Below, piece by piece: positions 16,953 to 26,308 of a stretch of 50,826 nt of DNA. The notes beneath the pieces are model-generated. The model searched no databases and was not told the origin of the DNA. It saw nothing but the letters and a program-made list of their open reading frames with translations. Location: positions 13,015 to 63,840 of the forward strand of contig MGWD01000027.1 in the NCBI GenBank assembly GCA_001800825.1, in the 5' to 3' direction. Origin of the DNA: Euryarchaeota archaeon RBG_19FT_COMBO_69_17. Lineage in GTDB: Archaea > Thermoplasmatota > Thermoplasmata > RBG-16-68-12. The number at the start of each line of letters is the position of its first letter. Positions within the stretch are counted from its first letter, which is position 1. The translations under genes were made by a program, and so were the position numbers.

Positions 16953-18203
16953 CTACGTGCCCTCGCTCCACGACTCGAGATACGCCCTCTGGGTCGGCGT
17001 GAGACGATCCACTTGGATTCGCAGGGCTTTGAGTTTCAGCCGGGCGACCCGGTCGTCGATCGTCTCGGGAACCGGATAGACCCCGGGCGTGAGCCCCTTC
17101 GCCGTCCGGGCGAGGTGGCCTGCGCAGGCGGCCTGGATTGAGAAGCTCATGTCCATGATCTCGACGGGATGGCCCTGGCCCGCGGCGAGGTTCACAAGAC
17201 GCCCCTCCGCGAGCAGGTGGGCCCGCTTCCCTCCGGGGAGGACGTACTCGTCGACGAACTCCCGGACCCGTCGGCGCGCCTTCGCGACCTGGTCGAGGTC
17301 CGCCTTCGAGATCTCGTTGTCGAAGTGGCCCGCGTTCGCGAGGACGACGCCATCCTTGAGGAGGGGGAAGTGCTTCGCCGTGACGACGTCCTTGCACCCT
17401 GTCGCGGAGACGATGAAATCCGCGAGTCTCGCGGCCTTTGCCATGGGGAGGACCTCGAACCCGTCCATCGTGGCCTCCAGGGCCCTTACGGGGTCGATCT
17501 CCGTGATGATGACCCGCGCTCCGAGCCCCTTCGCGCGGGCTGCGATCCCACGGCCGCACCACCCGTACCCCGCGACGACGAACGCCTTCCCTGCGACGAG
17601 CAGGTTCGTCGCCGTCATGATCCCGTCGAACGTGCTCTGCCCTGTCCCGTAGCGGTTGTCGAACAGGTGCTTCATCTCCGCGTCGTTCACGTCGATCACG
17701 GGGACCCGGAGCTTGCCCTCCTTCGCCATGGCCCGGAGCCGGATCACGCCCGTCGTCGTCTCCTCGTTCCCGCCCTGGACGCCGTCGAGGAGTTCCGCCC
17801 GCTTCGTGTGGAGGAGGAGCATGAGGTCGGCCCCGTCGTCGATCACGAGGTCCGGCTCCAGGTCGAGGACTTTGTGGAGGCTCTCGTAGTACTCTTTCGT
17901 CGTCTGCCACTTCCGGGCGTAGACGTCGAGCCCGTGGACCTCCTGGAGGGCCGCCGCGACACTGTCGTCCGTGGAGAGGGGGTTGCACGACGCGAGGCGC
18001 ACCCGCGCGCCGGCCTCCCGGAGGCTCAGGGCGAGGACCCCCGTCTTCGCCTCCGTGTGGAGGGCCATCCCGATCCGCACGCCCTTCAGGATCCCCGACC
18101 GCTTGAGGTCCTCCCGGATCGCCGCGAGGACGGGCATGTGCTCCCGGGCCCATTCGAGGCGGCGCGCCCCCCGCTCCGCGAGTTCGGACATCGAGGCGCC
18201 CAT
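16953..18203 (-). CDS. ahcY: adenosylhomocysteinase (or S-inosylhomocysteine hydrolase)
   Basis: 416 aa. It has LASCNPLSTDD, HFDNEI and the NAD-binding GYGWCGRG. Confidence 0.95.
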   Translation of the reverse strand: MGASMSELAERGARRLEWAREHMPVLAAIREDLKRSGILKGVRIGMALHTEAKTGVLALSLREAGARVRLASCNPLSTDDSVAAALQEVHGLDVYARKWQTTKEYYESLHKVLDLEPDLVIDDGADLMLLLHTKRAELLDGVQGGNEETTTGVIRLRAMAKEGKLRVPVIDVNDAEMKHLFDNRYGTGQSTFDGIMTATNLLVAGKAFVVAGYGWCGRGIAARAKGLGARVIITEIDPVRALEATMDGFEVLPMAKAARLADFIVSATGCKDVVTAKHFPLLKDGVVLANAGHFDNEISKADLDQVAKARRRVREFVDEYVLPGGKRAHLLAEGRLVNLAAGQGHPVEIMDMSFSIQAACAGHLARTAKGLTPGVYPVPETIDDRVARLKLKALRIQVDRLTPTQRAYLESWSEGT

Positions 18204-18276
18204 CCCCCGGATTCGATTTCAGCCTTCCGGTCGGCGGGTCAGGGGCCGCCGCACTCGGGGCCCGAGAGGGAGGCGC

Positions 18277-18561
18277 TCACTTGAGGGAGGCGATGAACTC
18301 GTTGAGGCCGACGGCCGGGAGCGTGACCGCGCGGAAGTTCCCGTCCTGCGCGTTGAGGGCCGCCGCCTTCATGACGGTCGCGTCGTCGGGCCCCTCGATC
18401 ACCGCGACGAGGTCGTAGGGCCCGAGGGTCGACCACGCCTGGACGATGCGGCAGCCATGGGCCTCCCACACCTTCCGGGCCTGGGCGAGCATGTCTCCGA
18501 GCTTCCGGACGTTCCGCACGGCGGAGTCCGTCAAGGTCACGAGGCGGATGTACTGGGGCAT
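18277..18561 (-). CDS. GYD-domain protein
   Basis: 94 aa (MPQYIRLVTLTD...STLGPYDLVAVIEGPDD), which is the typical GYD family pattern. Confidence 0.75.
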   Translation of the reverse strand: MPQYIRLVTLTDSAVRNVRKLGDMLAQARKVWEAHGCRIVQAWSTLGPYDLVAVIEGPDDATVMKAAALNAQDGNFRAVTLPAVGLNEFIASLK

Positions 18562-18592
18562 GGATCTCGGCGTCGGGTATTGCGCTGCGGCG

Positions 18593-19891
18593 TCAAGGCC
18601 TTTGCCTCCCTTCCGACGAGGCCATCGCCTTGGGGGCGGGCACGGATGCCTCGAGATGCTCCGTCGACGGAAGGACGTCCTCGACCTTGAAGCGCCGGAG
18701 AAGCCGTTTCATGAGGGGCGGAGCGGTCAAGGTCGTGACGAGGGTCATCACGATGAGGGCCGAGTAGATGTCGGGACCGATGATCCCCGTCGCGAGCCCG
18801 ACCTGGGCGAGGAGGAGCTCCATCATCCCGCGGGCATTGAGGCCCACGCCGAGGGCGAGGAGGGGCGCGCCCCGGAAGCCCGCCGCGGCGCCGCCGATGA
18901 GCCCTCCAAGGAACTTCCCCGCGAACGCGACCCCCGTCACGAGGAGGATGAGGGGCCAGGACTCGAAGTTCAGGGCGACATTGAGCCCGACGAATGCGAA
19001 GAAGATCGGGGCGAGGAGGCCGAGGGTCACGGCGGACACCGAGTTGCGGATCCGGTTGAACTCCTCCCGCCCCACCATCTTGGGCGTTATCAGGATGCCG
19101 CCGTAGAAGACGCCGACCGCGAAGTGAATCCCTGCGGCCTCCGCGGCGGCCCCGAGCAGGAGGGCGATCGCGATCCCGAACGCGAAGGCGGACTCTTGCC
19201 CCTTCATCGATCGGATGAACCGCCGGATCCGCGAATCGCCGTTCCCGTCCGCCTGCATCGTCCTCCGCAGGACCATCTCGACGCTGAAGACGAGGCCGAC
19301 GAACAGGAGGGTCTTCCCGAGGATCCATCCGAGGACCCCGGGGTCGGGAGACGCGGACCCGGCCTGGCCGAGGGCGATGACGAGGCCGAGCATCGCGAAC
19401 GCCACGAGGTCGTTCACGAGGGCCACGGAGACGATGGCCCGGCCGAGCCGGCTGTGGAGGAGGTTGAGGTCCATGAGGATGCGAACGCTCACGGGGAGCG
19501 CGGTGACGGCCATCGCGGTGCCGAGGAAGACCGACTGGACGAAGGACAAGCCCATGGCTTGGGCGAGGAGGAGCCCGAGGGCGAAGGGGAACACGAACTC
19601 GACGACGGCCACGACGAAGCTCCGCTCGTGGAACGCGCGGCTCAGGCCCTCCCGTCCCAGCTCCATCCCCGCGAGGAGCACGAGGACGAGGACGCCGAGG
19701 TCCGCGACGATTCGGAGGGACGCGCCGAGATCCGTCGCCGGGTCCGGGTTCACGAGGACGAGGAGCGCGGGGCCCAGGACGATCCCCGCGAGGACCTCTC
19801 CGATCATGGGAGACTGGCGCATCCGCTCGAACGCCTCGCCCGCGAGCTTTGCGGACACGAAGATGAGGAGGAGGGCGACGATGAGGTCCAC
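18593..19891 (-). CDS. CPA2-family cation:proton antiporter (Kef/NapA-like)
   Basis: 432 aa with about 12 TM helices. The N-terminus (LIFVSAKLAGEAFERMRQSPMIGEVLAGIVLGP) is typical of the Na_H_Exchanger family. Confidence 0.85.
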   Translation of the reverse strand: MDLIVALLLIFVSAKLAGEAFERMRQSPMIGEVLAGIVLGPALLVLVNPDPATDLGASLRIVADLGVLVLVLLAGMELGREGLSRAFHERSFVVAVVEFVFPFALGLLLAQAMGLSFVQSVFLGTAMAVTALPVSVRILMDLNLLHSRLGRAIVSVALVNDLVAFAMLGLVIALGQAGSASPDPGVLGWILGKTLLFVGLVFSVEMVLRRTMQADGNGDSRIRRFIRSMKGQESAFAFGIAIALLLGAAAEAAGIHFAVGVFYGGILITPKMVGREEFNRIRNSVSAVTLGLLAPIFFAFVGLNVALNFESWPLILLVTGVAFAGKFLGGLIGGAAAGFRGAPLLALGVGLNARGMMELLLAQVGLATGIIGPDIYSALIVMTLVTTLTAPPLMKRLLRRFKVEDVLPSTEHLEASVPAPKAMASSEGRQRP

Positions 19892-20034
19892 GGTCGCTCC
19901 CGGTCTCCCCCTCGACGCGGGTCCCTCGCTATATCCCTTGTTTCCTGATTATCTCCGGAAGCGTCTGTCCGCCGAGGACGCTCGTCCGATGGCCAAGGTC
20001 TTTACCCGCCCGCGTCCTTCCAAGGCCGCGACTC

Positions 20035-20856
20035 ATGGTCGGCCTCGGGGACAAGCTCCGGATTGGGTGCAGCGGGTGGGGATACGACGACTGGCTCGGC
20101 GGCTTCTACCCGCCTGGTACGCCGAAGTCGGACTACCTTCGCCTCTACTCGGCCGTCTTCGACGTTGTTGAGGTCGACTCCTCGTTCTACCGGAACCCCG
20201 GGCCCGCGATCACGAAGGGGTGGTACCGGTCCACCCCTGCGGGCTTCGCGTTCACGATGAAGGTCCCCAAGCGGATCACCCACGAGAAGAAACTCAAGGG
20301 CGTCTCGGAGTCCCTCGGCTGGTTCTACGCGTCCGCAAAGGAACTCAAGGAAAAGTGCGGCCCCCTCGTCGTGCAGCTGCCGCCGTCGATCAAGTACGAC
20401 GCCCACTGGGCCGTCATGCAGGACTTCGTCGGGTCCCTCGACATGACGTATCCCCACGCGATTGAGTTCCGTCACAAGTCCTGGTTCCGCGAGGACGTGT
20501 ACTCTCTGCTGAGGGACCGGAACATCGCGATGGTCTGGACGGAGAACCAGTACCTCCGGAGCCCGTCCGCGGTGACCGCGGATTACGTCTACCTGAGGAT
20601 GGTCGGGGACCGGGAGATCACGAAGTTCAACGAGGTCCAGAAGGACCGGTCCACGGAGATGCGCGCGTGGTACAAGGATCTCGAGGGGTCGGCGGATTCG
20701 GTGAAGGGAGCCATGGTCTTCTTCAACAACCACTACGCGGGGTTCGGGCCCGGGAGCGTGAACGAGTTCCGCCGCCTCGCGGGGCTCATGGAGTACGCTT
20801 TCCCCGCGGGGGCCGGCGCCCCGACGGGACAGAAGAGCCTCGGCGACTTCGGGTGA
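20035..20856 (+). CDS. DUF72 (UPF0759) protein
   Basis: It has IGCSGWGYDDWLGGFYP and VEVDSSFY, both typical of DUF72. Confidence 0.85.
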   Translation: MVGLGDKLRIGCSGWGYDDWLGGFYPPGTPKSDYLRLYSAVFDVVEVDSSFYRNPGPAITKGWYRSTPAGFAFTMKVPKRITHEKKLKGVSESLGWFYASAKELKEKCGPLVVQLPPSIKYDAHWAVMQDFVGSLDMTYPHAIEFRHKSWFREDVYSLLRDRNIAMVWTENQYLRSPSAVTADYVYLRMVGDREITKFNEVQKDRSTEMRAWYKDLEGSADSVKGAMVFFNNHYAGFGPGSVNEFRRLAGLMEYAFPAGAGAPTGQKSLGDFG

Positions 20857-20881
20857 GCCCCCGGCCGGACGGAGGCCCTGA

Positions 20882-21982
20882 GTGGCGCGCGTGATCTTCC
20901 ACGTCGACATGGACGCGTTCTACGTGAGCGTGGAGCGTCGGGAGGACCCTGGCCTCGTCGGCCGGCCCGTCGTCGTCGGGGCGGACCCGAAGGGCGGCCG
21001 CGGGCGGGGGGTCGCCATGGCGTGCAGCTACGAAGCGCGCGCCCTCGGGATCCGGAGCGGGATGCCGATCTCGATGGCCTGGAAGCAGGCCCCTGAGGCC
21101 GTGTACCTGCCTCCGAACTACGACCTGTACGGCTCCGTGTCGGAGAGCGTAATGAACGTCCTCCGGGACTTCGCGGACGTCCTCGAGCATGTGAGCATCG
21201 ACGAGGCGTTCCTCGACGTCACCTCGAAGGTCCACGGGTTCGACGACGCGGAGGCCCACGCCCGTCGGGTGAAGGCCGCCGTCCGGGAGCGGGAGGGCCT
21301 CGCGTGCACGATCGGGGTCGCGCCGAACAAGTCGGGCGCGAAGATCGCCTCCGACCTCGCGAAGCCGGACGGCCTCCTCGTCGTCCGGCCCGAGGCGCTC
21401 GTCGCTTTCCTCGATCTCCTGCCCGTCACCAAGATCAGCGGGGTCGGGCCGAAGACGGCGGCCGTCCTCGAGCACGCGGGGGTTCGGACGATCGGGGACC
21501 TCGCCCGGTTCCCCGGGTCGGATCTCAAGAAGCTCCTCGGGAAGAACGCGGTCTGGCTGTGGGGGATCGCCCGCGGCCTCGAGGAGCTCCCCGTCGAGGA
21601 GCGACCCGACCCGAAGTCGATCAGCGTGGAGCGGACGTTCGAGCGGGACGTCTCGGACTGGAACGTGGTCCGGTCCACGCTCGCGGACATCGCCCGCAAT
21701 GTCTCCCTGAGGGCGAGAGCCCAGGGAGCGGCGTACCGGACGATCGGGATCAAGGTGCGCTTCTCGGGTTTCCAGACGCATCTCCGGGAGCGGACCCTGT
21801 CCTCGGCCGTCCTCGACGAGGCCGTCCTGGCGGGCGTCGCGGGAGAGCTGCTCCGGGAGTTCGAGGCCATGGGGCGTCCCGTCCGTCTCCTGGGCGTTCG
21901 GGTCGCGAACCTGGACCGCCCGAAGACCCGTCAGCCGACCCTCGGCGCCTTCGAGGGCCCCGGAGGCCCGGGGTCGGCCTAG
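20882..21982 (+). CDS. dinB: Y-family DNA polymerase IV
   Basis: It has HVDMDAFYVSVE, SIDEAFLDVT, and an HhH / little-finger region. Confidence 0.9.
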   Translation: MARVIFHVDMDAFYVSVERREDPGLVGRPVVVGADPKGGRGRGVAMACSYEARALGIRSGMPISMAWKQAPEAVYLPPNYDLYGSVSESVMNVLRDFADVLEHVSIDEAFLDVTSKVHGFDDAEAHARRVKAAVREREGLACTIGVAPNKSGAKIASDLAKPDGLLVVRPEALVAFLDLLPVTKISGVGPKTAAVLEHAGVRTIGDLARFPGSDLKKLLGKNAVWLWGIARGLEELPVEERPDPKSISVERTFERDVSDWNVVRSTLADIARNVSLRARAQGAAYRTIGIKVRFSGFQTHLRERTLSSAVLDEAVLAGVAGELLREFEAMGRPVRLLGVRVANLDRPKTRQPTLGAFEGPGGPGSA

Positions 21983-23220
21983 CCCCTCGCAACGGCGAGG
22001 GGACCCTTGCGGGGCCGGCCCTCGTCGGCAAGGACGGACCCGAGGATCCTGATCCCGCGCCGGATCTCCCCCTCGCCCGGGAACGAGAAGTTCAGGCGCA
22101 TGTGGTTCACCTTCGGCGTCCCGGGGAAGAAGCCGTGGCCGGGCACGTAGATGACCCCCCGCTCGGCGGCTTTCGGCAGGAGGTCCCTCGTATCGAGTCC
22201 CGGGCGGACGCTCACCCAGAGGAACATGCCCCCCTGGGGCCTCGTCCACTCCACCCCGTCCGGGAATTGCTCCTCCATGGCCGCCATCATGACGTCTCGC
22301 TTCCTCCCATAGAGGGCGCGGATCCTCGGGAGGTGCTCGTCGAGCATGCCGAGCGTCAGGTAGCGCTCCGCGACCCGTTGCCCGAACGCGTTCGTGAAGA
22401 CGTCGACGCCCTGCTTCGCGAGGGACATCTTGTTCACGAGGTCCGGCGCCCCGTGGGCCCAGCCGATCCGGAAGCCGGGGGCCAGGACCTTGCTGAAGGA
22501 TCCGAGGTACACGACCCACCCCTCCTCGTCGTACGAGGCGAGCGGGGCCTCCGCCTCCCCTTCGAACCGTAGGTCGTAGTACGGGTCGTCCTCGACGATC
22601 GGGACCCCGTACGCCGCGGCGAGGTCCACGAGGGCCCGCCGGCGGCGCTGGGACATCGTCGTCCCCGCAGGGTTCTGGAACGTCGGCACGACGTAGATGA
22701 ACTTGGGCCGGATCCCCTGGTCCGACATCTCCTGGAGGTCCTCCTCGAGGACGTCCGTCAGGAGGCCCTCCGAGTCGATGGGCACGCCGTGGTACGTGGG
22801 GCGGTACGTCGCGAGGGCCGTGAAGATCCCCAGGTACGTCGGCTCCTCCGTGATCACGACGTCCCCCGGCTCCACGAGGACGCGCCCCATGAGCTCGATC
22901 GCCTGCTGGGACCCGTGGGTGACGATCGTCCGGTCCGCCGAGGCCTCGATCCCGCGCGCTCCCATCCGGGCCGCCAGGGCCGTTCTGAGCTTCGGGTCGC
23001 CCTGGGTGAGCCCGTACTGGAACGCCGCGGCCGTCTCCTCGTGGAGGAGCTCGTCGAAGATGACCTTCAGGTCTTTGAGGGGGAACGAGTCGGGGCTCGG
23101 CAGGCCGCCGCCGAAGCTGATGATCTTCGGGTCCGTCGCGTATTTGAGGAGTTCCCGGACGTCGGACGCCTTCATCCATTTCGTGCGCTCGGCGAAGAGG
23201 GCCTCCATGGTGGGCGGCAT
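21979..23220 (-). CDS. PLP-dependent aminotransferase, class I/II (ARO8/LysN/2-aminoadipate type)
   Basis: 413 aa. It has FGGGLPSP, and the PLP-lysine context is GSFSKVLAPGFRIGW. Confidence 0.85.
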   Translation of the reverse strand: MPPTMEALFAERTKWMKASDVRELLKYATDPKIISFGGGLPSPDSFPLKDLKVIFDELLHEETAAAFQYGLTQGDPKLRTALAARMGARGIEASADRTIVTHGSQQAIELMGRVLVEPGDVVITEEPTYLGIFTALATYRPTYHGVPIDSEGLLTDVLEEDLQEMSDQGIRPKFIYVVPTFQNPAGTTMSQRRRRALVDLAAAYGVPIVEDDPYYDLRFEGEAEAPLASYDEEGWVVYLGSFSKVLAPGFRIGWAHGAPDLVNKMSLAKQGVDVFTNAFGQRVAERYLTLGMLDEHLPRIRALYGRKRDVMMAAMEEQFPDGVEWTRPQGGMFLWVSVRPGLDTRDLLPKAAERGVIYVPGHGFFPGTPKVNHMRLNFSFPGEGEIRRGIRILGSVLADEGRPRKGPLAVARG

Positions 23221-23276
23221 GGGGATCGCCCGACGTATGCGCGTCCCCTCGTCTCAAGGAACCGCATATGCTGTAA

Positions 23277-23295
23277 CGTTGACACGCGTTGACAC
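23277..23295 (-). promoter_or_regulatory. tandem direct repeat CGTTGACAC-G-CGTTGACAC upstream of the aminotransferase gene
   Basis: Two exact 9-nt copies lie one nt apart, 57-75 nt upstream of the ATG at 23220 and just distal to GCATATGC (23264-23271). Confidence 0.35.
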
Positions 23296-23317
23296 ACGTC
23301 CGCCTTCGTGCTGACGG

Positions 23318-24442
23318 TCAGTTGAGGGGCGTCGCCTCCCGCCGTTCCCGAGTCACGGGGAGGTCGTAGCCGGCGAGGAGCCGCAGGCTTTCCGCGGGGT
23401 CGAGGCACTCCGCGGCGATGACGCCCGCGCGGTCCACACGGCCCCGGGCGAAATGCATCGCGAAGACGGCGGCCCCCGTGCCGACGAGGTATCCGGTGGC
23501 CGTGGCCCCGTGCCGCTTCGCGGCCTCCGCGTGGCTCATCCCCGTCCAAAGGCGGAGGGAGGCCGGCCGGCCGTCCCGCGTGCCGTCGACCTCGACGACG
23601 ATCATCGCGGCCCCCCTGACCTTCCCGATGAGGTCCGTGGGGCGCGGGAGGAGCTTCATGAGGACCTTCTTGGGAACGACGGGCTGGCCGTCCACGATCA
23701 CGGGCTCGTCCGACAGTACCCCGAGCCGCTGGAGCATGTTCAGGGTCGCGTACGTCGTGTCGTCGACCGCGAGCTTGAGGTCCGCGTACCGCAGGCCCTT
23801 CCCCAGGAACTTCCCCAAGGTCTCCGGCTCCTCGTGGTCCATGAGGTACACGGGCTGGGGCCCGACGGGCTCGGGGAAGAGGTAGATCTCCTTCCCGCTC
23901 CACGGGGGCACGTGGACGATCTTCCCGTCCTCGAAGTAGAGGCCCGGGGTGAAGACCTCCGCGAGGAACGTCTCGGGAGACCAGACGACGGGGAGCGGGG
24001 TGTCCGCGGACCACGCGGTATCCCCGTCCCGAATCCGCACCCGGTCGACCGTGTCCAGCGTGTCCGCAGCGGCCCGCGCGAGGACGTTCGCGATCCCGGG
24101 ATCCTCCCCGCCCCCGAGGAGGGCCGTGAGGCCCGCCTTCCGGAAGCGGGCGTCGAAGGGGAACTGCTGGGACGGGAGGGAGGAGAGGTCCATGTAGTGG
24201 GCGCCCGCGTCGAGGCACGCCTCCATGAGCGCGAGGTCGAGGGAGACGTGGGCCGCGTTGATCGCGAGGTGGGAGCCCTCGACGAGCTTCGCAAGGTCCC
24301 CCGCGGACGTCCCCGGGAATGGAGCGGCCCGCGCCTTCCGACTCCCGAGCTTCGTCTCGAGGGTCTTCGCCCGCTCGGGGACCATGTCTGCGAGGACGAT
24401 CCCGTCGATCTCCTTCTCGCGCACGAGGTGGGTCGCGGCCAC
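23318..24442 (-). CDS. saccharopine dehydrogenase-family oxidoreductase (probably extends to ~24481)
   Basis: It has the GGGEDPGIANVLA motif of the family. The Rossmann loop IRVVLIGAGATGS is encoded in frame directly upstream of the first canonical start (GTG 24442). Confidence 0.8.
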   Translation of the reverse strand: MAATHLVREKEIDGIVLADMVPERAKTLETKLGSRKARAAPFPGTSAGDLAKLVEGSHLAINAAHVSLDLALMEACLDAGAHYMDLSSLPSQQFPFDARFRKAGLTALLGGGEDPGIANVLARAAADTLDTVDRVRIRDGDTAWSADTPLPVVWSPETFLAEVFTPGLYFEDGKIVHVPPWSGKEIYLFPEPVGPQPVYLMDHEEPETLGKFLGKGLRYADLKLAVDDTTYATLNMLQRLGVLSDEPVIVDGQPVVPKKVLMKLLPRPTDLIGKVRGAAMIVVEVDGTRDGRPASLRLWTGMSHAEAAKRHGATATGYLVGTGAAVFAMHFARGRVDRAGVIAAECLDPAESLRLLAGYDLPVTRERREATPLN

Positions 24443-24533
24443 GGAGCCCGTGGCCCCTGCTCCGATCAGGACGACTCGAATGCTTCCACGTCCAGGGGAC
24501 CGCGACGTCGACGTCCCACGTAAAGGCTTCGTC

Positions 24534-25748
24534 CTACCCGGGCGTCGGGTCTTTATACCCGTGGAAGAAGGCCCAGAACGTGAGGACGCCGACCGCGTAC
24601 AGGGCCGTCGTCACGAAGAAGGGCAGGTCCACGTTCACGGTCAGGAGGTAGCCCCCCGCGGTCGTCGAGATCGCGAAGGGCAGACGGAACGCGGCGCCCG
24701 TGACCGCGGAGGCCGCGGCCCGCTCCGACTCGTCGACCGCGGACATGAGGAACGCGGAGGCGACGGGCCACGTCATGTTCATCAGGAGGTTCCGGGCGAT
24801 GTACAGGGCGCCGACGACGTGGATGTTCAGGACGAGGGGGATGAAGAAGAGGGTCGCCGTCGCGAGGGCCTGGACCTCGACGATGGACCGGACCATCCCC
24901 CGCCGGCGGGAGAGGACGGGCGCCAGGAGGTATGAGAAGGCCATGAACACGCTCGCGAGGGCGAGGAGGGGCCCCGTCGTCGACTCCGCGAGCCCGAACT
25001 TGAGGTAGAACCAGAGGGTGAAGAGGGGGATGATGAGGCCCGCCCCCAGGCCGATGATGAAGTTCGATGCGAAGAACCGCGTGAGGATGCGCGCGGACTT
25101 CCGAGGCAGGAGGCTTCGTCCCTCGGGCGCCCGCGTCCGGCCCACGCGGACGAGGAGGAGGGCGAGGGGGGAGGCGAGGGAGAGTCCCGCCGCGATCGCG
25201 AACGCGGGGCGGTACGCGCCCGTGGGGTCCGCGGGGTTCGCCGCGTAGAGGACGTCCGGGAGGATCCCGAGCAGGTTCCCCGCGGCGAAGCCCATCGAGT
25301 TGAAGAAGAAGCTCATCCCGAACACGGAGGTCCGGACGGCCGGGTCCGTCGCCTCCGCGAGGAGCGCGTTGAACGTCGAGAAGCCGAGGGCCTCCGCGAC
25401 CCCGAGGAGCCCGCCCGCGAGGAGGAACATCCCGTAGGAGTCCGCGAGGACGAGCATCCCGAGGGCGGCCGCCATGAGGGCGGTCCCGAGGATCGTCATC
25501 CTCCGGCGCCCGTAGCGGTCCGCGAGGATCCCGAAGGGGATCACGAGGCTCACGGACGTCAGGCCCGTCGTCGTGAAGAAGGTCCCCGCGTGGACGGCCG
25601 TGAGACCGAGACGCTGCATGTACACGGACAGGGAGACGTTCAGGAGGCCGATTGACAGCCCCGTGAGGCTGAAGGAGACGAGGAGGAGCTTCGCGTCGCG
25701 GGTGAGGCCTCGCCGCGCCGCATGGAGGAACCCGGTCCCCGATCCCAT
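24534..25748 (-). CDS. MFS transporter
   Basis: The start is placed at the ATG at 25748 (MGSGTGFLHAARRG...). It has about 12 TM helices and the MFS motif A, GILADRYGRRRM. Confidence 0.8.
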   Translation of the reverse strand: MGSGTGFLHAARRGLTRDAKLLLVSFSLTGLSIGLLNVSLSVYMQRLGLTAVHAGTFFTTTGLTSVSLVIPFGILADRYGRRRMTILGTALMAAALGMLVLADSYGMFLLAGGLLGVAEALGFSTFNALLAEATDPAVRTSVFGMSFFFNSMGFAAGNLLGILPDVLYAANPADPTGAYRPAFAIAAGLSLASPLALLLVRVGRTRAPEGRSLLPRKSARILTRFFASNFIIGLGAGLIIPLFTLWFYLKFGLAESTTGPLLALASVFMAFSYLLAPVLSRRRGMVRSIVEVQALATATLFFIPLVLNIHVVGALYIARNLLMNMTWPVASAFLMSAVDESERAAASAVTGAAFRLPFAISTTAGGYLLTVNVDLPFFVTTALYAVGVLTFWAFFHGYKDPTPG

Positions 25749-25774
25749 GCCCCGCGGGCACCCGCACGGGCGCC

Positions 25775-26308
25775 TTAACGCTTTCTCCGGGGTCGGCGGG
25801 GCCGGGCGGGCGGCGCCCGAACGCCGACGTGTCGCGCGAGCCGGCGAACCTCCTTGTCGGACATCCAGAAGACCTTGAGGTACTCGAACAGCTCGCGGTC
25901 GTTCATCCCGAGCCGCTGGCCCTCCGCGATGCACGTCCGGTACGCCTCGATCTCCGTGGGGAGGTCCGGATACTCGTATCCGTCCTCGAAGAGTTCCTTC
26001 CCCTCCCGGAACTGCCGGACGTGGACGAGCTCATGGACGATGTCGAGGTAGATGTCCCTCGGGTTCCCGGTCCTCAAGTAGTGGGTGGAGACCATGAGAT
26101 GGCCGTCCTCGTCGCTCACGCCCATGAACCCCCACTTCGAGGAGTAGAACTCGACCCGGAGGGATCGCAGGGCCTTCGCCGTCGCGGGCCCGAAGATCGC
26201 CCGCACCGCGGGGACCTTCTCGAACCCGCGGAAGTGGTCCGTGAAGCGGTCGTACGTCAGGCGGATGTTCCTCGGCATGCGGACGTCGGGCAGCTTCGGC
26301 TTCGTCAT
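25775..26308 (-). CDS. putative zinc metallopeptidase (HExxH), family unassigned
   Basis: 177 aa. It has IVHELVHV (HExxH) with a downstream TEIEAY glutamate. Its ATG overlaps the bcp stop (ATGA). The C-terminal tail is basic. Confidence 0.6.
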   Translation of the reverse strand: MTKPKLPDVRMPRNIRLTYDRFTDHFRGFEKVPAVRAIFGPATAKALRSLRVEFYSSKWGFMGVSDEDGHLMVSTHYLRTGNPRDIYLDIVHELVHVRQFREGKELFEDGYEYPDLPTEIEAYRTCIAEGQRLGMNDRELFEYLKVFWMSDKEVRRLARHVGVRAPPARPRRPRRKR

